This document shows, piece by piece, positions 45,301 to 58,149 of a DNA stretch of 64,000 nucleotides. The number at the start of each line of letters is the position of its first letter. Positions within the stretch are counted from its first letter, which is position 1. The stretch is from the human T2T-CHM13v2.0 reference genome, Homo sapiens. A program made the translations under genes and the position numbers. The stretch is taken from assembly GCF_009914755.1 (NCBI RefSeq), contig NC_060939.1; one strand, 5' to 3'. The notes beneath the pieces were generated by a model. It was not told where the DNA came from, did not search any database, and saw nothing but the letters and a program-made list of their open reading frames with translations.

Positions 45301-48300
45301 GCGGAAAGGAATTGAATGGAGTGGAGTGGAATGGAATATAATGGAATGGAATGGAAAGGAATGGAATCAACACAAATGGAAGGGAACGGAAAGGAATAGG
45401 ATGGGATGGAATGGAATGGAAAGGAAGTTAATCAACACGAATGGAATGGAATGGAATGGAATGGAATGGAATGGAATGAACCCGAATGGAATGGAATGGA
45501 TTGGAATGGAATGGAATGGAAACAACCCGAGCGGAAAGGATTGGAATGGAATGGAGAAGAATGGAATGGAATGTAGTGGAATGGAATGGAATGGAATCAA
45601 CACGAATGGAATGGAACGGAATGGAATGGTATGAGATGGAATGGAATGGAATGGAACTTAATCAACACGAATGGTGTGGAACGGAATGGAAAGGAATGGA
45701 ATGGAATGGAATGGAAAGGAATGGAATGGAATGGAATGAAATGGAAAGGAACGGAATGGAATCAACACGAGTGATATGGAATGGAACGAAATGGAATCAA
45801 CGTGAGAGGAAGGAAATGGAATGCAATGCAATGGGATGCCGTGGAATCAACCGAAGTGGAATGGAATGGAAGGGAATGGAATGAAATGGAATGGATCGGA
45901 ATGGAATCCAATGGAATCAACTGGAGTGTAATGGAATGGAATGGAATGGAATGGAATGGAATGGAATGGAATGGAATGGAATGGAATAAATCCGGGTGGA
46001 GTGGAATGGAACGTAATGGAGTGGAATGTAATGGAATTTACTGGAATGGAATGGAATGGAATGGAATGGAATGGAATGGAATGGAATGAAATGAAATGGA
46101 TTGGATCCGAATGGAATCCAATGGAATCAACTGGAATGGAATGGAATGGAATGGAATAAATCCGGGTGGAGTGGAATGGAATGTAATGGAGTGGAATGGA
46201 ATGGAATTTAGTGGAATGGAATGGAATGGAATGGAATGGAATGGAATGGAATGGAATGGAATCAACCCGAATGGAATGCTACGGAATGGAATGGAAAGGA
46301 ATGGAATGGAATGGATTGGAATGGAATGGAATGGAATGGAATGGAATGGAATGGAATCAACCCGAATGGGATGGTATGTCATGGAATGGAATGGAATGGA
46401 ATGGAATGGAATGGAATGGAATGGAATAAACACGAATGGAATGGAACGGAATGGAGTGGAAGGCAATAAACACCAGGGGAATGAAATGGATTGGAATGCA
46501 ATGGAAAGGAATGGAATGGAATGGAAAGGAATGAATGGAATGGAATGGTGTGGAATCAACAAGAGAGGAATGGAATGGAATGGAATGGAACGGAACGGAA
46601 TGGAAAGGAATGGAATGGAATGAACCCGAATGGAATGGAATGGATTGGAATGGAATGGAATGGAATCAACCCGAGCGGAAAGGAATGGAATGGAATGGAG
46701 TGGAATGTAATGTAATGGAATGGAATGGAATGGAATAAATCCGGGTGGAGTGGAATGGAATGTAATGGAGTGGAATGGAATGGAATTTAGTGGAATGGAA
46801 TGGAATGGAATCAACCTGAATGGAATGGAACGGAATGGAAAGGAAAGGAATGGAATGGAATGGAATGGAATGGAATGGAGTGGAATGTAAAGTAATGTAA
46901 TGGAATGGAATGGAATGGAATAAACACGAATGGAATGGAACGGAAAGGAATGGGATGGGATGGAATGCAATGGAATGGAAGTTAATCAACACGAATGGAA
47001 TGGAACGGAATGGAATGGAGTGGAATGGAATGGAATGGAATGAACCCGAATAGAATGAATGGATTGGAATGGAATGGAATGGAATCAACCTGAGCGGAAT
47101 GGAATGGAATGGAATGGAGTGGAATGGAATGTAATGGAATGGAATGGAATGGAATGGAATTAACACGAATGGAATGGAAAGGAATAGAATGAGATGGGAT
47201 GGAATGGAATGGAATGGAATTTAACCAAACACGAATGGAATGGAACGGAATGGAATGGAATGGAATGAACCCGAATCGAATGGAATGGAATGGATTGGAA
47301 TGGAATGGAATGGAATCAACCCAAGCAGAAAGGAATGGAAAGGAATGGAGTGCAATGGAATGGAATGGAATGGAATGGAATGGAAGGGAATGGAATCAAC
47401 ACGAATGGAATGGAACGGAATGGAATGGGATGGGTTGGAATGGAATGGAATGGAACTTAATCAACACGAATTGAAAGGAAAGGAATAGAATGAACCCGAA
47501 TGGAATGGAATGAACACGAATGGAATGGAATGGATTGGAATGCAATGGAATGGAATCAACACGAGCGGAAAGGAATGGAACGGAAAGGAGTGGAATGGAA
47601 TGGAATGGAATGGAATGGAATCAACACGAATGGAATGGAATGGAATGGAATGGGATGGGATAGAATGGAATGGAATGGAAGTTAATCAACACGAATGGAA
47701 TGGAACGGAATGGAATAGAATGGAATGGAATGGAATGGAATGGAATGGAATGGAATGAACCCGAATGGAATGGAATGGATTGGAATGGAATGGAATGGAA
47801 TCAATCACAGCGGAAAGGAATTGAATGGAACGGAGTGGAATGGAATATAATGGAATGGAATGGAAAGGAATGGAATCAACAAGAATGGAATGGAACGGAA
47901 TGGAATGGGATGGGATGGAATGGAATGGAATGGAAGTTAATCAACACGCATGGAATCGGACGGAATGGAATGGAATGGAATGGAATGGAATGAAACCGAA
48001 TGGAATGGAATGGATTGGTATGGAATGGAATGGAATCAACCCGAGGGGAAAGGATTGGAATGGAATGGAGTGGAATGGAATGTAATGGAATGGAATGGAA
48101 TCAAAACGAATGGAATGGAACGGAATGGAATGGTATGGGATGGAATGGAATGGAATGGAAGTTAATCAACACGAATAGAATGGAATGGAATGGAATGGAA
48201 TGGAATGGAATGGAATGGAATGGAATAGAATGGAATGAAATGGAAAGGAACGGAATGGAATCAACACGAGTGGAATGGAGTGGAACGGAATGGAATCAAC

Positions 48301-51300
48301 CCGAGTGGAATGAAATGGAATGTATTGCAATGGGATGGAGAGGAATCAACCCGAGTGGAATGCAATGGAATGGAATGGAATAAATCCGGGTGGAGTGGAA
48401 TGGAATGTAATGGAGTGGAATGTAATGGAATTTAGTGGAATGGAATGGAATGGAATGGAATGGAATGGAATGGAATGGAATGAAATGGATTAGATCGGAA
48501 TGGAATCCAATGGAATCAACTGGAATGGAATGGAAAGGAATGGAATGGAATGGAATGGAATAAATCCGGGTGGAGTGGCATGGAATGTAATGGAGTGGAA
48601 GGGAATGGAATTTAGTGGGATGGAATGGAATGGAATGGAATGGAATGGAATCAACCGGAATGGGATGGCATGGAACGGAATTGAGTGGAATGGAATGGAA
48701 TGGAGTTGAATGGAACGGAATGGAGTGGAATGGAATAAATACCAGGGGAATGAAACGGATTGGAATGAAATGGAATGGAATGGAATGGAATGGAATGACG
48801 TCAACACGAGTGGAATGGAAAGGAATGGAATGGAATGGAAACGAATGAATGGAATGGAATGGTGTCGAATCAACACGAGAGGAATGGAATGGAATGGAAT
48901 GGAATCAACCCGAGCGGAAAGGAATGGAATGGAATGGAGTGGAATAGAATGGAATGAAATCAACCCGACTGGAATGGAACGGAATGGAATGGAATGGAAA
49001 GGAATGAATGGAATGGAATGGGGTGGAATCAACACGAGAGGAATGGAATGGAATGGAATGGAACAGAACGGAATGGAAAGGAATGGAATGGAATGAACCC
49101 GAATGGAATGGAATGGATTGGAATGGAATGGAATGGAATCAACCCTAGCGGAAAGGAATGGAATGGAATGGAGTGGAATGGAATGGAATGGAATGGAATG
49201 GAATGGAATCAACACGAATGGAATGGAACGGAATGGAATGGGATGGGATGGAATGGAATGGAATGGAAGTTAATCAACACGAATGGAATGGAAAGGAATG
49301 GCATGGAATGGCATGGAATGGAATGGAATGGAATGGAATAGAATGAAATGGAAAGGAAAGGAATGGAATCAACACGAGTGGAATGGAATGGAACCGAATG
49401 GAATCAACAAGAGTGGAATGAAATGGAATGTAATGCAATGGGATGGAGTGGAATCAACCCGAGTGGAATGGAATGGAATGGAATGGAATGGAAGTTAATC
49501 AACACGAATTGAATGGAATGGAATGGAATGGAATGGAATGGAATGGAATGAAATGGAAAGGAACGGAATGGAATCAACACGAGTGATATGGAATGGAAAG
49601 GAATGGAATCAACGTGAGAGGAATGAAATGGAATGCAATGCAATGGGATGCAGTGGAATCAACCGGAGTGGAATGGAATGTAATGGAATGGAAAGGAATG
49701 GAATGAAATAGAATGGATCGGAATGGAATCCAATGGAATCAACTGGAATGGAATGGAATGGAATGGAATGCAATGGAATGGAATAAATCCGGGTGGAGTG
49801 GAATGGAATGTAATGGAGTGGAATGTAATGGAATTTACTGGAACGGAATGGAATGGAATGGAAAGGAATGAATGGAATGGAATGGTGTGGAATCAACACG
49901 AGAGGAATGGAAAGGAATGGAATGGAATGGAATGGAACGGAATGGAAAGGAATGGAATGGAATGAACCCGAATGTAATGGAATGGATTGGAATGGAATGG
50001 AATGGAATCAACCCGAGCGGAAAGGAATGGAATGGAATGGAGTGGAATGTAATGTAAAGTAATGGAATGGAATGGAATAAATCCGGGTGGAATGGAATGG
50101 AATGTAATGGAGTGGAATGGAATGGAATTTAGTGGAATGGAATGGATTGGATTCAACCTGAATGGAATGGAACGGAATGGAAAGGAAAGGAATGGAATGG
50201 AATGAAATGGAATGGAATGGATTGGAATGCAATGTAATGTAATGGGATGGAATGGAATGGAATAAACACGAATGGAATGGAACGGAATGGAATGGGATGG
50301 GATGGAATGCAATGGAATGTAAGTTAATCAACACGAATGGAATGGAACGGAATGGAATGGAATGGAACGGAATGGAATGGAATGGAATGGAATGGAATGG
50401 AATGAACCCAAATGGAAAGGAATGGATTGGAACGGAATGGAATGGAATCAACCTGAGCGGAATGGAATGGAATGGAATGGAGTGGAATGGAATGGAATGG
50501 AATGGAATGGAATGGAATGGAGTGGAATGGAATGTAAGGGAATGGAATGGAATGGAATGGAATGAACACGAATGGAATGGAAAGGAATAGAAAGGGATGG
50601 GATGGAATGGAATGGATTGGAAGTTAATCAACACGAATGGAATGGAACGGAATGGAAAGGAATGGAATGGAATGAAACCCAATGGAATGGAATGGATTGG
50701 AATGGAATGGAACGGAATCAACCCGAGCGGAAAGGAATGGAATGGAATGGAGTGGAATGGAATGTAATGTAACAGAATGGAATGGAATGGAATCAACACG
50801 AATGGAATGGAACGGAATGGAATGGGATGGGATGGAATGGAGTGGAATGGAAGTTAATCAACAAGAATGGAATGGAACGGAATGGAATGGAATGGAATGG
50901 AATGGAATGGAATGAACCCGAATGGAATAGAATGGATTGGAATGGAATGGAAAGGAATCAACCCGAGCGGAAAGGAATTGAATGGAATGGAGTGGAATGG
51001 AATATAATGGAATGGAATGGAAAGGAATGGAATCAAAAAGAATGGAATGGAACGGAATGGAATGGGATGGGATGGAATGGAATGGAATGGAAGTTAATCA
51101 ACAAGAATGGAATGGGACGGAATGGAATGGAATGGATTGGAATGGAAGGAACCCGAATGGAATGGAATGGATTGGTATGGAATGGAATGGAATCAACCCG
51201 AACGGAAAGGATTGGAATGGAATGGAGTGGAATGGAATGTAATGTAATGGAATGGAATGGAATCAAAACGAATGGAATGGAACGGAATGGATTGGTATGG

Positions 51301-52200
51301 GATGGAATGGAATGGAATGGAAGTTAATCAACACGAATGGAATGGAATGGAATGGAATGGAATGGAATGGAATGAAATGGAAAGGAACGGAATGGAATCA
51401 ACACGAGTGGAATGGAGTGGAACGGAATGGAATCAACCCGAGTGGAATGAAATGGAATGTAGTGCAATGGGATGGAGTGGAATCAACCCGAGTGGAATGG
51501 AATGGAATGGAATGGAATAAATCCGGGTGGAGTGGAATGGAATGTAATGGAGTTTAATGAAATGGAATTTAGTGGAATGGAATGGAATGGAATGGAATGG
51601 AATGGAATGGAATGGAATGAAAAGGATTGGATCGGAATGGAATCCAATGGAATCAACTAGAATGGAATGGAATGGAATAAATCCGGGTGGAGTGGCATGG
51701 AATGTAATGGAGTGGAATGGAATGGAAATTAGTGGGATGGAATGGAATGGAATGGAATGGAATGCAATGGAATGGAATGGAATCAACCGGAATGGGATGG
51801 CATGGAAAGGAATTGAGTGGAATGGAATGGAATGGAATGGAGTGGAATGGAACGGAATGGAGTGGAATGGAATAAACACCAGGGGAATGAAATGGATTGG
51901 AATGAAATTGAATGGAATGGAATTGAATGGAATGAAGTCAACACGAGTGGAATGGAAAGGAATGGAATGGAATGGAATGGAAAGGAATGAATGGAATGGA
52001 ATGGTGTGAAATCAACACGAGAGGAATGGAATGGAATGGAATGGAACGGAACAGAATGGAAAGGAATGGAATGGAATGAACCCGAATGGAATGGAATGGA
52101 TTGGAATGGAATGGAATGGAATCAACCCGAGCGGAAAGGAATGGAATGGAATAGAGTGGAATGGAATGTAATGGAATGGAATGGAAATGAATGGAATCAA
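42400..52200 (+). repeat. Three non-adjacent copies of a ~1.3-kb HSat3 block (about 42.4-43.7, 47.6-48.9 and 50.8-52.2 kb)
   Basis: Shared rare variants: GGATTGGTATGG at ~42794/48012/51169, GGAGTGGCATGG at ~43304/48572/51689, TGA(A/C)GTCAACACG at 43528/48796/51933. ORF triplet 42607/47825/50982. Confidence 0.75.
48796..48803. promoter_or_regulatory. Palindromic CRE/ATF motif TGACGTCA
   Basis: Read directly. Paralogous positions 43528 and 51933 carry TGAAGTCA. Motif match only. Confidence 0.25.
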
Positions 52201-52877
52201 CACTAATGGAATGGTACGGAATGGAATGGGATGGGATGGAATGGAATGGAATGGAAGTTACACAACACGAATGGAATGGAACAGAATGGAATGGAATGGA
52301 ATGGAATGGAATGAACCCGAATGGATTGCAGTGGATTGGAATGGAATGGAACGGAATCATCACGAGCAGAAAGGAATGGAATGGAATGGAGTGGAATGGA
52401 ATGCAATGGAATGGAATGGAATGGAATGGAGTGGAATGGAATGTAATGGAATGGAATGGAATGGAATGGAGTGGAATGGAATGTAATGGAATGGAATGGA
52501 ATGGAATGGAATCAACACGAATGGAATGGAAATGAATGGAATGGGATGGGATGGAATGGAATGGAATGGAAGTTAATCAGCACGAATGGAATGGAACGGA
52601 ATGGAATGGAATGGAATGGAATGGAATGGAATGGAATGGAATAGAATGAAATGGAAAGGAACGGAATGGAATCAACACGAGTGGAATGGAATGGAACGGA
52701 ATGGAATCAACCCGAGTGGAATGAAAAGGAATGTAATGCAATGGGATGGAGGGGAATCAACCCGAGTGGAGTGGAATGGAATGGAATGAAATGGAATTTA
52801 ATGCAATGTGATGGAGGGGAATCAACCCGAGTGGAATGGAATGGAATGGAATGGAATGGAATGGAATGGAATGGAAT

Positions 52878-55800
52878 CAACCCGAATGGGATGGCATGGA
52901 ATGGAATTGAATAGAATGGAATGGAATGTAATGGAATGGAATGGAATGGAATCAACTCAAGTGCAATGGAATGGACTGGAATGCAATGCAATCCACCCGA
53001 GTGGAATGGAATTGAGTGGAATGAAATGGAATAGATTGGAATGGAATGGAGTGGAATGGAACGGAATGGAGTGGAATGGAATAAATACCGGGGTAATGAA
53101 ATGGATTGGAATGAAATGGAATGGAATGGAATGGAATGGAATGGAATGGAATGAAATCAACCCGAGTGGAATGGAAAGGAATGCAATGGAATGGAAAGGA
53201 ATGAATGGAATGGAATGGTGTGGAATCAACACGAGAGGAATGGAATGGAATGGAATGGAACGGAACGGAATGGAAAGGAATGGAATGGAATGAACCGGAA
53301 TGGAATGGAATGGATTAGAATGGAATGGAATGGAATCAACCCGAGCGGAAAGGAATAGAATGGATTGGAGTGGAATGGAATGGAATGGAATGGAATGGAA
53401 TCAACACAAACGGAATGGAATGGAATGGAATGGGATGGGATGGAATGGAATGGAATGGAATGGAAGTTAATCAACACGAATGGAATGTATCTGAATGGAA
53501 TGGAATGGAATGAACACGAATGGAATGGAATGAATCCGAATGGAATGGAATGGATTGGAATGGAATGGAATGGAATCAACCCGAGCGGAAAGGAATGAAA
53601 TGGAATGCAGTGGAATGGAATGTAATATAATGGAATGGAATGGAATCAACAGGAATGCAATGGAACGGAATGGAATGGGATGGGACAGAATGGAGTGGAA
53701 TGGAAGTTAATCAACACGAATGGAATGGAACGGAATGGAATGGAATGGAATGGAATGGAATGAACCCGAATGGAATGGAATGGATTGGAATGGAATGGAA
53801 TGGAATCAAACCGAGTGGAAAGGAATAGAATGGATTGGAGTGGAATGGAATGGAATGGAATGGAATGGAATGGAATCAACACAAACGGAATGGAATGGGA
53901 TGGGATGGAATGGAATGGAATGGAATGGAAGTTAATCAACACGAATGGAATGTATCTGAATGGAATGGAATGGAATGAACACGAATGGAATGGAATGAAT
54001 CCGAATGGAATGGAATGGATTGGAATGGAATGGAATGGAATCAACCCGAGCGGAAAGGAATGAAATGGAATGCAGTGGAATGGAATGTAATATAATGGAA
54101 TGGAATGGAATCAACAGGAATGGAATGGAACGGAATGGAATGGGATGGGATGGAATGGAGTGGAATGGAAGTTAATCAACACGAATGGAATGGAACGGAA
54201 TGGAATGGAATGGAATGAACTCGAATGGAATGGAATGGATTGGAATGGAATGGAATGGAGTCAACCCGAGCGGAAAGGAATGGAATGGAGTGGAATGGAA
54301 AGTAATGGAATGGAATGGAATCAAAACGAATGGAATGGAATGGAATGGAATGAAATGGAATGGGATGGGATGGAATGGAATGGAATGGAAGTTAATCAAC
54401 ACGAATGGAATGGAACGGAATGGAATGGAATGGAATAGAACGGAATGGAATGGAATGGAATGAAATGGAAAGGAACGGAATGGAATCAACACGAGTGGAA
54501 TGGAATGGAACATAATGGAATCAACCCGAGTGGAATGAAGTGGAATGTAATGCAATGGGATGGAGTGGAATCAACCCGAGTGTAATGGAATGGAATGGAA
54601 TAGAATGAAATGGAATTGATGTGAATGGAATCCAATGGAATCAACTGGAATGGAATGGAATGGAATGGAATGGAATGGAATAAATCCGGGTGGAGTGCAA
54701 TGGAATGTAATGGAGTGGAATGCAATGGAATTTAGTGGAATGGAATGGAATGGAATGGAATGGAATGGAATGAAATGGATTGGATCGGAATGGAATCCAA
54801 TGGAATCAACTGGAATGGAATGTAATGGAATGGAATGGAATGGAATAAATCCGGGTGGAGTGGAATGGAATGAAATGAAGTGGAATGGAATGGAATTAAT
54901 GGAATGGAATGGAATCAACCCGAATGGAATGGAACGGAATGGAATGGAATGGAATGGAATGGAATCAACCCGAATGGGATGGCATGGAATGGAATTGAAT
55001 ACAATGGAATGGAATGTAATGGAATGGAATGGAATGGAATCAACTCAAGTGCAATGGAATGGACTGGAATGCAATGCAATCCACCCGAGTGGAATGGAAT
55101 TGAGTGGAATGAAATGGAATAGATTGGAATGGAATGGAGTGGAATGGAACGGAATGGAGTGGAATGGAATAAACACCGGGGGAATGAAATGGATTGGAAT
55201 GAAATGGAATGGAATGGAATGGAATGTAATGGAATGGAATGGAATGAAATCAACCCGAGTGGAATGGAACGGAATGCAATGGAATGGAAAGGAATGAATG
55301 GAATGGAATGGTGTGGAATCAACACGAAAGGAATGGAATGGAATGGAATGGAACGGAACGGAATGGAAAGGAATGGAATGGAATGAACCGGAATGGAATG
55401 GAATGGATTGGAATGGAATGGAATGGAATCAACCCGAGCGGAAAGGAATAGAATGGATTGGAGTGGAATGGAATGGAATGGAATGGAATGGAATGGAATG
55501 GAATCAACACAAACGGAATGGAATGGAATGGAATGGGATGGGATGGAATGGAATGGAATGGAATGGAAGTTAATCAACACGAATGGAATGTATCTGAATG
55601 GAATGGAATGGAATGAACACGAATGGAATGGAATGAATCCGAATGGAATGGAATGGATTGGAATGGAATGGAATGGAATCAACCCGAGAAGAAAGGAATG
55701 AAATGGAATGCAGTGGAATGGAATGTAATATAATGGAATGGAATGGAATCAACAGGAATGCAATGGAACGGAATGGAATGGGATGGGACAGAATGGAGTG

Positions 55801-58060
55801 GAATGGAAGTTAATCAACACGAATGGAATGGAACGGAATGGAATGGAATGGAATGGAATGGAATGAACCCGAATGGAATGGAATGGATTGGAATGGAATG
55901 GAATGGAATCAAACCGAGTGGAAAGGAATAGAATGGATTGGAGTGGAATGGAATGGAATGGAATGGAATGGAATGGAATGGAATGGAATGGAATCAACAC
56001 AAATGGAATTGAATGGGATGGGATGGAATGGAATGGAATGGAATGGAAGTTAATCAACACGAATGGAATGTATCTGAATGGAATGGAATGGAATGAACAC
56101 GAATGGAATGGAATGAATCCGAATGGAATGGAATGGATTGGAATGGAATGGAATGGAATCAACCCGAGCGGAAAGGAATGAAATGGAATGCAGTGGAATG
56201 GAATGTAATATAATGGAATGGAATGGAATCAACAGGAATGGAATGGAACGGAATGGAATGGGATGGGATGGAATGGAGTGGAATGGAAGTTAATCAACAC
56301 GAATGGAATGGAACGGAATGGAATGGAATGGAATGGAATGGAATGAACTCGAATGGAATGGAATGGATTGGAATGGAATGGAATGGAGTCAACCCGAGCG
56401 GAAAGGAATGGAATGGAGTGGAATGGAAAGTAATGGAATGGAATGGAATCAAAACGAATGGAATGGAATGGAATGGAATGAAATGGAATGGGATGGGATG
56501 GAATGGAATGGAATGGAAGTTAATCAACACGAATGGAATGGAACGGAATGGAATGGAATGGAATAGAACGGAATGGAATGGAATGGAATGAAATGGAAAG
56601 GAACGGAATGGAATCAACACGAGTGGAATGGAATGGAACATAATGGAATCAACCCGAGTGGAATGAAGTGGAATGTAATGCAATGGGATGGAGTGGAATC
56701 AACCCGAGTGTAATGGAATGGAATGGAATAGAATGAAATGGAATTGATGTGAATGGAATCCAATGGAATCAACTGGAATGGAATGGAATGGAATGGAATG
56801 GAATGGAATAAATCCGGGTGGAGTGCAATGGAATGTAATGGAGTGGAATGCAATGGAATTTAGTGGAATGGAATGGAATGGAATGGAATGGAATGGAATG
56901 GAATGAAATGGATTGGATCGGAATGGAATCCAATGGAATCAACTGGAATGGAATGTAATGGAATGGAATGGAATGGAATAAATCCGGGTGGAGTGGAATG
57001 GAATGAAATGAAGTGGAATGGAATGGAATTAATGGAATGGAATGGAATCAACCCGAATGGAATGGAACGGAATGGAATGGAATGGAATGGAATGGAATCA
57101 ACCCGAATGGGATGGCATGGAATGGAATTGAATAGAATGGAATGGAATGTAATGGAATGGAATGGAATGGAATCAACTCAAGTGCAATGGAATGGACTGG
57201 AATGCAATGCAATCCACCCGAGTGGAATGGAATTGAGTGGAATGAAATGGAATAGATTGGAATGGAATGGAGTGGAATGGAACGGAATGGAGTGGAATGG
57301 AATAAACACCGGGGGAATGAAATGGATTGGAATGAAATGGAATGGAATGGAATGGAATGGAATGGAATGGAATGGAATGAAATCAACCCGAGTGGAATGG
57401 AACGGAATGCAATGGAATGGAAAGGAATGAATGGAATGGAATGGTGTGGAATCAACACGAGAGGAATGGAATGGAATGGAATGGAACGGAACGGAATGGA
57501 AAGGAATGGAATGGAATGAACCGGAATGGAATGGAATGGATTGGAATGGAATGGAATGGAATCAACCCGAGCGGAAAGGAATAGAATGGATTGGAGTGGA
57601 ATGGAATGGAATGGAATGGAATGGAATGGAATGGAATCAACACAAACGGAATGGAATGGAATGGAATGGGATGGGATGGAATGGAATGGAATGGAATGGA
57701 AGTTAATCAACACGAATGGAATGTATCTGAATGGAATGGAATGGAATGAACACGAATGTTATGGAATGAATCCGAATGGAATGGAATGGATTGGAATGGA
57801 ATGGAATGGAATCAACCCGAGCGGAAAGGAATGAAATGGAATGCAGTGGAATGGAATGTAATATAATGGAATGGAATGGAATCAACAGGAATGGAATGGA
57901 ACGGAATGGAATGGGATGGGATGGAATGGAGTGGAATGGAAGTTAATCAACACGAATGGAATGGAACGGAATGGAATGGAATGGAATGGAATGGAATGAA
58001 CCCGAATGGAATGGAATGGATAGGAATGGAATGGAATGGAATCAACCCGAGCGGAAAGGA
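52878..58060 (+). repeat. ~2.1-kb tandem HSat3 unit (2 copies plus a partial third) with a nested 465-480-bp duplication
   Basis: CAACTCAAGTGCAATGGAATGGACTGG at 52953, 55041 and 57174. GTATCTGAATGG at 53487/53952, 55590/56070 and 57723. Confidence 0.88.
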
Positions 58061-58149
58061 ATGGAATGGAATGGAGTGGAATGTAATGGAATGTAATGGA
58101 ATGGAATGGAATGGAAAGGAGTGAAATCAACACGAATGGAATGGAACGG

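Larger units (their letters stand above)
1..58149 (+). repeat. Human Satellite 3 (HSat3/SatIII) array, (GGAAT)n, G-rich strand on +
   Basis: Continuous GGAAT pentamers with single-base variants, interspersed with CAACCCGAGT/CAACCCGAAT/CAACACGAAT decamers typical of satellite III. No strand inversion seen. The subfamily is not assignable by eye. Confidence 0.97.

Noticed and set aside
31055-56651. DUX4-like TAATGGAATCA at 31055, 54513 and 56641
   Set aside because: One substitution away from the ubiquitous GAATGGAATCA and only a degenerate match, so it is expected by chance.
1-58149. Hundreds of MEWNG-repeat (+) and IPFHS-repeat (-) ORFs up to ~310 aa
   Set aside because: (GGAAT)n has no stop codon in any frame and supplies ATG every 5 bp. 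ORFs overlap in all six frames, mirror the DNA repeats and encode no domain.
1-58149. HSat2 or Y-chromosome DYZ1 identity
   Set aside because: Long pure GGAAT runs with CAACCCGA decamers are present, while the TCGAAT/ATCATCG-rich pattern of HSat2 and a regular 3.6-kb unit are not. The adjacent AT-rich repeat is the 42-bp HSat1A, not the Alu-containing HSat1B/DYZ2.
1-58149. G-quadruplex potential of the G-rich strand
   Set aside because: Mostly GG doublets, with only isolated GGG/GGGG runs and no clear four-tract G3 motif. GGA-mismatch hairpins are a known generic property of (GGAAT)n rather than a feature specific to this window.
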